Shown in pieces: positions 13,046 through 25,079 of a DNA stretch of 64,000 nucleotides. Each line of letters opens with the position of its first letter. Position 1 is the first letter of the stretch. The notes under the pieces were generated by a model. It had not been told where the DNA came from, searched no databases, and saw only the letters and a list, made by a program, of their open reading frames with translations. Origin of the DNA: Octopus sinensis (Eukaryota); the NCBI RefSeq assembly GCF_006345805.1, contig NC_043000.1, forward strand, positions 139,314,001 through 139,378,000, read 5' to 3'. The position numbers and the translations under genes were made by a program.

Positions 13046-14639
13046 TATTTTCAGTCATTAACTCAGCTAGCAAAGTAGTATTGTCGAACCTACAAGAAAT
13101 TTACCTGTGGCATATGTATATATGCTAAAGTGAGAGAGTGAGAGAGATGATATCGAAATCGTGCTCTCATTTTACTAACAAAGTAAAGCAGGCTCCACTG
13201 CTAATTTGCTGTTTGATGGTTAGCAGGAGGAAGAACACCCAGCTGTAAGCTAATCACACCAAGAAAAAATCATCAACATCATCATTTAACGCTCGCTTTC
13301 CATGCTAGCATGGGTTGGACGATTTCACTGTGGTCTGGCGAACCAGATGGCTGCACCAGACTCCAATCTGATCTGGCAGAGTTTTTATGGCTGGATGCCC
13401 TTCCTAATGCCAATCACTCTGAGATTGTAGTGGGTGCTTTTACGTGCCACTGGCACGAGGGCCAGTCAGGTGGTACTGGCAGTGGCCATGCTCAAATGGT
13501 GCTTTACATGTGCTACCTGCACAGGAGCCAGTCCAGCAGCACTGGCAACGACCTCGTTCGAATGTTTTTTCACACACACAAGCCTATAGGAAAAAGAATC
13601 ATTCTTATAATTTCTGGATGTTTATATAATGTCAATTTCAGGAGAAAGGTAATTTCAACAAAACTGCCAATGTGGACATTATAAGTTCTTGTAAAAATTA
13701 TGTGTTTGCTTGATCTGTTACAAATTGTGGATAAATGTCCTTATATTTAGGACAAAGTCAGGAAGTTTGGTAACCTGTAGAATGTTTGAAGATAAACATT
13801 GGATGAAAGAAAGTCGTTAAAATTGGCCCTGACAGAAAATCAAAGGAGAGAACCAGAAGGGGAAACAACTTGCAAATACAAAGGTAATGGATGGACAGAA
13901 TAATTATGTTGGACAATATGCCTTGAATTCTGAATTCTTTGGAATGCCTTTTCCTTAAAAACTTCAAGAGTGGCAACAAGAGACTTGCACTATTGGTAAT
14001 TGGTGGTTTTTCTATAAATTTGACTTGCCCAAGACTGTGATCAGGACAGAGCAATAGTACATATAATAAACCTAGACTAACAGAGACATAAGAGAGATAT
14101 AATATGAATAAAGCAGTAATTTCCAAGGACATTGAAATCAATGGTACATAACTTCATCTCTGAAACCCATCATCATCATGGAACTAATTAAAAACTTCAT
14201 GTCAATCTCATTAGAACAGTGGACATGATTGTAAATAAGTGAAGAAATTACAATGAAATTTTCTGTGGAGGGGGAAAACTTAGGTCAGATTTTCAAGCTA
14301 ATAGCATAGTCTAAGCATTGTTATCCTGTCAATTAGTTCTTGTTATATTTATTAATCTGCCAATAAAGAATAATTGGGAGAAGGTTCCTACTGATTTGTG
14401 TAACAGAACATACAAGTGAATTTCAGGTATCACAAAGTTGTTGTTGAATCTTGAGCATCATCCAGTCACAAGCATAAGAACAAGAGGGAACCAAGAAGCA
14501 TAACAATACATATTATATTCTGAGTTCAAATGTCCTGCTGTATTTGAATGTACTTCTCATTCTCCCTATATATGATCATCTCTCTCTTTCTCTCTCTATT
14601 TACATGTACATATATGTTTGTGTATATATATATATATAT

Positions 14640-14784
14640 TACATTAAATTAGAGATAAAACCACTATTAGGCAAATCAAACAGTGAAAATCATAAACCAA
14701 TACATATTTTTTATCTCATATTAAACTTTTAATACTTTTTGATAATTAAAAAAAAAATAAATAAATAAATAAATAGATAAATAA

Positions 14785-14815
<31 letters not shown>

Positions 14816-15072
14816 TTAAAATTTATAAGTTTAATTTATTAATTTAAATAATATTTAAAAATTTTAACTTTAATTTAAATATTTTAATTGGATTTTTATA
14901 TTTTATATCTTATATTTTTATATTTTTTAATTAATTTTATTTCTATGTATTGGCTTATGATTTTCACTGTTTGATTTGCCTAATTTAATATAATATATAT
15001 TTATACTATAAAATTAGATTTAATCCTAAATCTAATTTTTCCCTGTAAATTTGGATTTACTCCCTAATATTT

Positions 15073-15078
<6 letters not shown>
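14640..15078. repeat. Palindromic AT-rich element in (TA)n, family P3
   Basis: IR 14666-14706 and 14944-14984, one-sided extension; paralog at 43322-43580. Confidence 0.8.
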
Positions 15079-15144
<66 letters not shown>

Positions 15145-15146
<2 letters not shown>

Positions 15147-15517
15147 GTGCATGAATGGCTGTGTGGTAAGAATCTTGCTTACCAACCACATGGTTCCGGG
15201 TTCAGTCCCACTGCATGGCACCTTGGGCAAGTGTCTTCTACTATAGCCTCAGACCGACCAAATCCTTGTGAGTGGATTTGGTAGACAGAACTGAAAGCAG
15301 CCTGTCGTATGTGTGTGTGCATGTGCATGCACGTGTATGTGTGTTTGTGTGTGTTTGTGTCTGTGTTTGTTCCCCCACCATCACATGACAACTAATGTTA
15401 CTGCGTTTGTGTCTCCATAGCTTAGCGGTTACACAAAAGATATCGATAGAATAAGTACCAGGCTTACAAAGAATAAGTCCTGGGGTTGATTTGCTTGACT
15501 AAATGTGGTACTCCAGT
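15145..15517 (+). mobile_element. SINE family A
   Basis: Homologous to 16204-16605; a partial copy also at 17188-17322. Confidence 0.85.
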
Positions 15518-16095
15518 GTTATATATGTGATATTTGTAAATTATGCTTCTTTGACTCAACATCCTACTCATAGCTAATCCTTTTACAGCATGGATTGGCT
15601 GAATTTTCTTTGTGCTTATGACACATGGAATCATAACTGAGGAGGTACGAAAGAATCCTCTCTTCTCTCTAGCTGTTTTTGTTCATAGTTACATCTCTTC
15701 TATATTTGTTGCCTTCATTTGGACACTTGCGTTCATGTTTCCACCTCTCCTTTTTATCTGCTTCAACTAAAATGTACCATCTATGCTATACAGTAACACT
15801 AATATTCAATTTATTAAATATTTAATATTTGAATATTTAAATCAACTGTTAATATATGTTAATATATGCATTTAGTTATTAATTATGAAATTTATTCCCT
15901 TTCATGATTAATTTTATGCATGATATATCAAAAGTCATGTGATTTGAAGTTTTTGTTAGTTTTAAAAAATACAGAAGGATCATTTTATTTTAAAAATCTC
16001 ACAGATACTTGGTGTTCTTAGAAACTAGTGAACACTCAAAAGTTAGACACAATATTACACAGGCTGATCAAGTTGTGTACATGGCATATTGTTAC

Positions 16096-16170
16096 CCTGG
16101 ATTAATGAATCCAACAAGAGATTGTGGCTTCTGTTTACAATGTCAGCAAACAATTTAATGGTGACAGCTG
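16096..16170 (-). CDS. Coding exon (AVTIKLFADIVNRSHNLLLDSLIQ)
   Basis: NAGNAG acceptor caattag|cag, donor CAGG|gtaaca, 75 nt, phase 1 to 1. Confidence 0.55.
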
Positions 16171-16203
16171 CTAATTGATAATAATTCATATTCAAATGAT
16201 AAT

Positions 16204-16605
16204 AGGCATAGGAGTGGCTGTGTGGTAAATAGCTTGCTTACGAACCACATGGTTTCGGGTTCAATCCCACTCCTTGGCACCTTGGGCAAGTGACTTCACC
16301 TATAGCCTCAGGCTGATCAAAGCCTTGTGAGTGGATTTGCTAGACGAAAACTGAAAGAGGCCCATCGTATATATGTGTATATATGTATGTGTGTGTGTGT
16401 GTGTTTGTGCGTCTGCGTTTTCCCCCCAACATCGCTTGACAACCAGTGCTGGTGTGTTTATATCCACGTAACTTAGCGGTTCGGCAAAAGAGACCAATAT
16501 GTTAAGTACTATACATACAAAGAATAAGTCCTGGGATGGATTTGCTTGACTAAAGGTGGTGCTCCAGCATGGCCACAGTCAAATGACTGAAACAAGTAAA
16601 AGAGT
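16204..16605 (+). mobile_element. tRNA-type SINE family A, full length
   Basis: A/B-box head ggagtggctgtgtggtaa...ggttcaatccc, central (TA/TG)n, tail ggtgctccagcatggccacagtcaaatgactgaaacaagtaaaagag. Confidence 0.9.
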
Positions 16606-16914
16606 AGTTACCAAATTTATGAACAAGAGCCACAATTTCTTGTTAGATATATTAGTCTTTGCCTGATGAGACACAACAATCTTGAAACAATTGGTGTTCA
16701 AAGTCTTCTTATGCTAATAAATTAAGTGTGTTATGAATGAAAATTTGTTTAAAGAGCGACGTTGTGTATCATCTCATGACAAAATATGACATTGATTTGC
16801 ATATTCACTTTTGAATGAGTTGGAATATATCAAGAACAAATGCTCTTACCCTTTTTCTATCATTCTGAGCTACCATTTTGTTTCTCACTGCTCACCATGT
16901 ATATGATAATGTAT

Positions 16915-17185
16915 TACACACACACACAGACACACACACATGCATGCATGTATGCACACACATGCATGCATGTATGCACACACATGCATGCATGTATGCA
17001 CACACATGCATGCATGCATGTACACACACTCACACACACTCACTCACACACACACTCACATACACACACACTCTCTCTCACACACACACTCACACACAGG
17101 CACACTCATACATGTATGTATGTATGTATGTATGTATGTATGGATGGATGGATGGATGGATGGATGTATGCATGTATGTATGTAT
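16915..17185. repeat. Compound microsatellite (CA)n, (TGCA)n, (TATG)n, (GGAT)n
   Basis: Seen directly. Confidence 0.95.
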
Positions 17186-17887
17186 ACAGGTGTAGCTATG
17201 TGGTAAGAAGCTTGCTTCCCAAGAACATGGTCCTGGGTTCAGTTCCAGTACATGGCAACTTGGGCAAATGTCTTCTACTATAGCCTTGGGCTGACCAAAG
17301 CCTTGAGTGGATTTGGCAAAACACTTATTACTCACCCCTCTATCACTTGTCACACTCATCCTTCTCATTGTCACTCATGCTCTTTTTGCCCATACTTCAT
17401 TTTCTCCTTTTCCTTCTTGCACTATCTTGCTTTCACCTCAAATAGGAATGACATGAATTATATCTTACCCTATCACTACCATTCCATCTATCATCCATCT
17501 CTCATTCTTATCATCCTAGCCCTCTTACTATCTTGGGTTATATACTTAAGAGATACTCTCAAATCTATATATGCCTTATGCAGTGTAGCCATTCTCTAGC
17601 TATTCTCTCCTCTAGCCATTGAGCATTGACGTATAGAAATATGCATTCATTGCGCTCTGTAAAGTCGATGGTGTCTGGATAAGCATCCAGCCATAGAAAA
17701 CAAGAAAGAAATGAAAGTTAAAGAGAGAAGATGACTTCTGTCTCAAATATAAAGTTAGAAACGACCTGTCAAACCCTTGCTTCTTTGGAAAACTGAATGG
17801 AATTCAATAACAAATATGATGAAGATAATGCTTTAATAAGTGTTTTTATTTATACTAAAACAGCAAATAGTAAATGAACAAAGAAAC

Positions 17888-17977
17888 CAATAAATGGAAT
17901 AAAGTTAGATGTAATATCTACAGTGTACACCACTTCTAGACCAGATTTGGCAAAACGTAGAACTTGCAGTTTTCTTT
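17888..17977 (-). CDS. Coding exon (RKLQVLRFAKSGLEVVYTVDITSNFIPFI); donor uncertain
   Basis: Acceptor ttatttattcattttag|; weak phase-1 donors TTG|gtttct (17888) or CTG|gtctag (17942). Confidence 0.45.
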
Positions 17978-18055
17978 CTAAAATGAATAAATAAATAAAC
18001 ATGCAAACATACATATATATGTATATATATGTATGTGTATGTACACACACACACA

Positions 18056-19255
18056 CATGACAGAAGTAAATAGACACTACATAAAACATATTCTAAATTG
18101 TAAAGGTTGATATTTTACATCAACTGACATTTTTATGTTTCAGATTCTATATGTAACTCTTTAATCATGCCACATACAAAAGAAGCCTTGGAACTGTCTA
18201 AATTTCAAAGAGGCTCTATTGTGGATCAATCTGAAGTGGAACATAACATAAAATCGCAGAAAACCTTGGGATCTTGCTTTCTACAGTTAACAGAGTGATT
18301 TTGCAATTCACCAGAGAGGAGAAGGAGTCCACATCACCTCTTCCAGATCAATAAGGGCCCTCTAACAGGACCCTTCTCTTCACTAAGAGAAGTATGGAGG
18401 ATAATCCTCATTGCAAGGCCTCTGACATAGCAGAACATGTTGATGTCAGTCCCAGAACAGCTGCCAGGTCTCTCTACAAATTTGGTTACTATGGCAGAGC
18501 AGCCAGAAAGAAACCACTTCTTTGACCAGCCAATATGAAGTGGAGAAAAGATTGGAACAATGAGATAGTGGAGAGGCCACTAGCATTATATTCGCCAGTA
18601 AGTCCAGATTTGCTGTATTTTCTGACAGTAGTTGAGTGTGGGTCTGTAGACTCCATGATCAAGTATTTGATGTGTAAAAATTGCAGTCAACACTGAAACA
18701 AGGCATCTATTCTGTGATAGTCTGGGGAGCAGTTTTGGGCAACAGTCAATCAGAGCGTGTGGGAAACATAAACTTAAATAAATATGTGTCCATATTGCAG
18801 AAAGGACTCCTTCCAATCTTCTCTAGTGGTGAAACGATTTAAGAAAACTCTTTATTTATGGAAGATAGGGCTCCTTGTCACATGGCTAAAATGACCCAAG
18901 ATTGGTTGGATGTGAATGGCATCGAAAAGCTTCCATGGCCAAACCAGTCACCAGATATGAACCCTATTGAACACTTCTGATAATGGTCAGGACACTTCAT
19001 AAAAAGAACAAGAAAGCATCCTCAAAGCCAGATCTTTTGAGATTACTGCATGCAATTTTACAAGAAATTCTGCAAGAGAATATTCATCATCTGATCATTA
19101 ACATGCCTAATAGGGTCCTTGCATTGGCAAATGCAAAGGGCATGTCTACTAGATGTTAAATATTCACATTATAACAATTAATATAATTTGAATATATAAT
19201 TTCAGATCTAAATAAATTTTAACAATTATAAGTGTATCTATTAACTTGTGTCATG
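18056..19255 (+). mobile_element. Decayed full-length Tc1 transposon
   Basis: ATG 18167 MPHTKEALELSKFQRGSIV; GRAARKKPLL; IFASKSRF; VIVWGA; MEDRAPCH; WPNQSPDMNPIEHF; end AKGMSTRC* at 19159; imperfect TIRs catgacagaagtaaatagacact and agtgtatctattaacttgtgtcatg. Confidence 0.92.
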
Positions 19256-20194
19256 TCTGTGCAAGTGTGTGCGTGTGTGTGTATGTGTGCGTGCATGCGT
19301 GTATGTGTGTGTGTGTATCGTACTTACTTACAACAGCCATATTCAAATTACTGTTAATGGTCGAAATATTTGCTTTTTGTTCCAACGTAATCACTTCACT
19401 AAATCTGGAATAAACTGGAAACTTCATTAATTACCAATTTTCCCCAAAAAGTTTATTTTAGGTGTTTGTAAATATGAAATGTGACACATATTTATTTTAT
19501 GATTAATTTCAATGTCATTTGTAAGACTTCAAGCACAAACTCTGAGAATAGTTAGAAAATAGAGGAAGATGCAGAGAACATTAGTGGCTGATTAGTAAAT
19601 TATATATTTATGATGTGCTATAGGAAGACAAGCAAAGGTACAATGTAATCATATGGCACTATTTAGTTGAAAATGATGACATATTTATGTCACTTGTAAA
19701 CAATACATCCTATAGCATGATGCTCCTGATTTTTAGAAAAGTGTGTGTGTATATATATAAATAAGTATAAGATCCAAGGATTGAGGTGTAGGAAGAAAGT
19801 TAGCCTCAAGCAATCCATAGTAAATATAAAAAACAACTTTCTGGGACAATAGTGGTTTACTTAGACTGAATGTTGTGGATTTTTTCTTATCAAAGTATGA
19901 TAAATTGAAAAAAGTTCTTTTTATATTTCACAGTAGGCATCCAAGGTTGCCAGGTATGTGAATAAGAATACAAGAGTTAAGGAATAAAATAAGGGCTACA
20001 TATGTTTCATTGTTTCATAGTGAGTGGAACCTTGAAATTTGTAAATATCCAAGTGAGGTGGATATGGCAGGCTACTCTTGAGGCCATGAATATCTTGTTA
20101 AATGAAAGTTTACATTGTCACAAGGAGGTAAATGTTAACACATGGAAGATTTACATTCTGATTGAATCCTGTATGCATATATATATATATATAT

Positions 20195-20510
20195 TGTTGT
20201 GTCTAAGGTGAGTCATTTTCTTTTTGTGCCTTATAATGTAACACATTCACCGGTAAAATTTCCACTTATTTCTTATTTTTATTTTCCTAAAATTTTCATT
20301 GCGTCTTGCAACCTTTTCTATAGTCTTGACTTGAAAAGGTTGCAAGATGCAATGAAAATTTTAGGAAAATAGAAATAAGAGGAAATTTTACCAGTGAGTG
20401 TGTTACATTATAAGGCACAAAAAGAAAATGACTCTCCCCAGACACAACAGAATATGCTTCAAAGCATGAATTCACATAAAGAATCTTGCAAACCAAATCC
20501 AAAAACGAAA
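20195..20510. repeat. Palindromic element in (TA)n, family P1, near-complete fold-back
   Basis: 20195-20449 is self-complementary apart from a short loop; same one-sided extension as 778-840. Confidence 0.88.
20328..20365 (+). ncRNA. Minimal hammerhead-like motif, U3-A8 variant; mirror copy at 20286-20322(-), paralog at 649-685
   Basis: UUGAAAA-G-GUUGC(AAGAU)GCAAU-GAAA-AUUU/UAG. Confidence 0.55.
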
Positions 20511-20645
20511 TATATATATATATAACGTGGCACTCTGTTGGTTATGACAACGATGCTTCCAACTGATCCAATCAACAGGATAGCCTACCCGTGAAATTAA
20601 CATGCAAGTGGCTGAGCACTCCAAAGACACGTGTACCTTTAACAT

Positions 20646-21101
20646 AGGTGTACTAGCCATCTGAATGTGGCTAGCCACTGGGGGTGGGGTGTTACTGATG
20701 CTTACGTTGTCGAGCGGTTACTGCTTATACCTCGTTCAGAAATTTATTATTGCTTCAGACAGTTTTTCTAAATCAGTGACAGTGGTTGCTGTGAAAAACG
20801 TTAAATATTATTTGCAACCTTCATCGAAAACCGGTGTTTACCATGCGTTGACGAGAGGCAATTACCTTGAAACTATAGTCCGTATGTAGCACTTAAGTTT
20901 TCGAGAGAGGATGACCTCCCTTTGCAAATAACACAAGGGCACTGAGATTGTGTCTAAAGTCCATCTGGTGACGTTGATCGCCTGGGGCTAAAAGCATCAG
21001 TAACACCCCACCCCCAGTGGCTAGCCACATTCAGATGGCTAGTACACCTTACGTTGTCGAGCAGTTATTGTTTATATCTCGTTCAGAGATTTATTATTGC
21101 T
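20646..21101. mobile_element. Hammerhead-bearing element with perfect 58-bp inverted repeats and 52-bp direct repeats
   Basis: X 20646-20703 is the exact reverse complement of 20992-21049; B 20703-20754 resembles 21050-21101. Confidence 0.8.
20842..20886 (+). ncRNA. Minimal type I hammerhead ribozyme motif, GUC site after 20880
   Basis: CAUGCG-UUGACGA-GAGG(CAAUUA)CCUU-GAAA-C(UAUA)G-UC/CGUAUG; two apparent C-to-T changes from canonical. Confidence 0.75.
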
Positions 21102-21115
21102 ATATATATATATAC

Positions 21116-21150
<35 letters not shown>

Positions 21151-21437
21151 TATGCATGCATGTATGCATCCATGTATATATGTATGTATGAATGTGTGTA
21201 ATTGAAAACGAGTTTCATCAAAGTTATTGACTATTTTTAAGGAATCTTAAATAAGGAGAATGATAAAAACATTTTGAGATGATGTCTTTCGATATTTGTG
21301 TGTAAGCACTTTTTTTTATCTATTTATTAGACTCGTTTCATGGAGCAGTCTGTATAAAGGATGATGTTTTTAGTAATGTTGTTGACTATTTGCTGTTTAC
21401 ATTAGGATTTAGAATTCTTATAACATTCTTTTTTTAC

Positions 21438-21465
21438 CTTTCATAGTTGATAATCTTCTTTTACT
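21438..21465 (-). CDS. 28-nt microexon (SKRRLSTMK)
   Basis: Acceptor atttacattttcag|, donor AAG|gtaaaa, only one open frame, phase 0 to 1. Confidence 0.6.
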
Positions 21466-21609
21466 CTGAAAATGTAAATATTTTGAATTTTCAATGTACA
21501 CAAATGCTTGGACCATTTACAGGACATGTAAAATAATTGTACAGGGAATAACCAATAGATTCAAGAATAGGAAAAAAATTGAGGGTTAATGCAAACATGC
21601 ACTGCATAA

Positions 21610-21870
21610 TAAAAAATATCACATCTGTTGCATTACAAGCCCACAATGTAATGCAACAGCCAAACAGGATTAAAATTAATTGAACATAGGAGAGAGCATA
21701 AACAACAAATTAAGGGTCCTTCTCTTACAAACGTTCCATCTAGCGAACTTCTAATCATTTGTGCAAGTGAAAAATTCAAAATATTTTATTTTTCAAAAAT
21801 ACAAGAAAATTACGAACTATGAAATGCAAAACAAGAAACCTTAATGGGAACTCTAAATCTGAAACTAAAC
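21610..21870 (+). mobile_element. Penelope-like GIY-YIG endonuclease remnant
   Basis: Decayed GLKLIEHRREHKQQIKGPSLTNVPSSELLIICASEKFKIF...LNLKLN. Confidence 0.6.
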
Positions 21871-22065
21871 CACAAATAGTCAACACCAATAAAAAAAAAA
21901 AAAATTATCCTATACAGAATATCTAATAATATGGGTATCTGAAACATTGAACAATGAAAATGCTTACACACAATATATACAGTTCTTTTTAATCAGTTAA
22001 CTTACAAGAAAATTTTTCAAATATTGTGATTCTGTTAAGTAATTTTGGCAAAACCATAAATAAAT

Positions 22066-22226
22066 GAGTGGCTGTGAGGTAAGTAGCTTGCTTACCAACC
22101 ACATGGTTCCAGGTTCAATCCCACTGTGTGGCACCTTGGACAAGTGTCTTCTACTATAGCCTCAGGTCGACCAAAGCATTGTGAGTAGATTTGGTAGATG
22201 GAAACTGAAAGCCCACCATATATATG

Positions 22227-22275
<49 letters not shown>

Positions 22276-22488
22276 GTGTGTATATGTTTGCCTATGTTTG
22301 TTCCCCCAACATGGCTTGACAACTGATGCTGGTGTGTTTACGTTCCCATAACTTAGCGGTTCGACAAAAGAGACCAATAGAATAAGTACTAGACTTACAA
22401 AGAATAAGTCGTGGGGTCGATTTGCTTGACTAAAGGCGGTGCCCCAGCATGGCTACAATCAAATGACTGAAACAAGTAAAAAGAGTAA
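22066..22488 (+). mobile_element. SINE family A
   Basis: Homologous to 16204-16605. Confidence 0.9.
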
Positions 22489-22728
22489 ATGTATTTTGAA
22501 ATTCTAATTATAAGCTTTCACCATATACTGATTATGAAAAATTGTATAATGTTAGAGCATATAAGCCCCTATAACAGACAAAAATGGGCAATATTACGTG
22601 TGGGAATTGAACTCACGCTCTATGTTGATATAATTGTTCAGCAAACCTATCATGTAAACAAGAGGTGTGGGTTTGATTCCCATGTGCACTAATGCCTATT
22701 TTATTCCATTACAGGCACTTAAATTCCC

Positions 22729-23649
22729 TACTAGCTGACATACCCGGTAATTCCAGGGAAAGCAGGGTTTATCCCTTGCTTCCATTTTCAGAATCGATTT
22801 GCTAATCCAATAACAACAATACAAAGTATGTGGCCCTTAAAACGTTTTTTGTGCATTTACAGAGAATATCAAATTGTCTTACATAGCATCTTGTTTTTAG
22901 GAATTCCCAATAAGTTTTGAATACCCAAATTGTGAATTCAGTTATATAACATGAAGTTAGTTACCTGATAGTAAGAATTCAAATAAAGTAGCCCCACAAA
23001 GGGGTTTAATGCGTTCCCAGAGTATATAGGACATTGGAAGAAATAGTAATAAGGTATGTATCCTAAATCATTAAACATGTTACATAATAACAGGCTAATC
23101 AGATAGGAGATAATAACAATTCAAAGTAAGTAACTATGGAAAGGGCTTTTGTGCATTCCCAGAGAATATTACTCTCAGGAGCACTAGAGTTGGTATATTC
23201 GTGAATAAGTCACTAACTGAAATAAGTGGATCTATTGTTTAGGAAAATACTATTTACTTGTTTTAGGGTTGTCCTGGATAAATTGCGAAAATAACTCTAA
23301 CAGTACATATACTTAGAAATAAGTATACTCAATTTCATTTTTACCAAATAATTTAGGAAAATAAATGGGTTATTTCTCTTGGTTATATATAAGGATTCCT
23401 TCCAGGATCGAAGGGGTTATTTCCCTTGGTTTTGAAAATAAAATATGTTAGATATATATATATAAGGATCCCTTCTAGGGGCCCTATAATCGATTTTTTT
23501 TCAACAATCTGAGTATGCCATGAGGTTTCCAGATGTGAGTTCTACTCATGTGTCAAGTCTCATCAAAATCGATAAAACGATGTAGGAAGAGTTAGCTAAC
23601 AACTCCACAAACACACCCAGAGACAGAATTTCCCACATATGCAGTAGAT
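22729..23649 (+). mobile_element. Non-autonomous Helitron-like element (Lep1/DINE-1 style)
   Basis: Starts tactagctgacatacccgg, internal subrepeats, ends caagtctcatcaaaatcg...acaaacacacccagagacagaatttcccacatatgcagtagat. Confidence 0.6.
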
Positions 23650-24019
23650 TTCCTATATTTGATATATGGTGAAGTCCTATAATTCTATTTACAAAATTTT
23701 AACCACCACCATTTCGTAATACACACAGAATTAACACATGTGTTTACTCATGCACACACACACACACATACACACACACAGAGTCACAGACACACACAGA
23801 CACCCACACACAGACATGCACACACAGCCACACACACAAACACTATGCTATGGTCACATGTTTCACTGAATACTGGAAACAAGAAACATTACTTACTTCA
23901 CAGTGATACACAATTACAATTATTGTTTGATGGCAACAAAGAAAGTGGGACAAGCATACATGCACACATATATTGGCTCACAGAAACACAGTCACACTCA
24001 CACACACATATATGTGCAT

Positions 24020-24746
<727 letters not shown>

Positions 24747-24841
24747 GTGGTTTCAATTCCTAGATAGGGCAATGTGTTGTGTTCTTGAGCAAAACACATC
24801 ATCTCCCATTGCTCTGCGATCACTTCGACACCTGATGTGTA

Positions 24842-24885
24842 GTACCTGATGAAGGCTGGAGGGTACATCAGCTGAAACGTTGTGA
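24842..24885 (+). ncRNA. Penelope-type minimal hammerhead motif
   Basis: UAC-CUGAUGA-A-GGCUG(GAGGGUACAU)CAGCU-GAAA-CGUU/GUG. Confidence 0.65.
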
Positions 24886-25079
24886 TAATATCCTTCAAAT
24901 GTAAATAATGGAAAAAATGCCCATAATTCTTCATCTGTTAAATATAGAATTGTAATATATATATATATATACATACACACCCACATTTAGGGAATAGAGC
25001 AGGTAAAATCCAGGCTACATGTTTCCTAATGAGCTGGTCCTACACCTGGATCTTTGGATCTTACCTTTACATATCGTTG

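Noticed and set aside
16204-16290. tRNA-like A/B boxes
   Set aside because: These are SINE heads continuing into SINE bodies; no complete cloverleaf, so no tRNA gene is called
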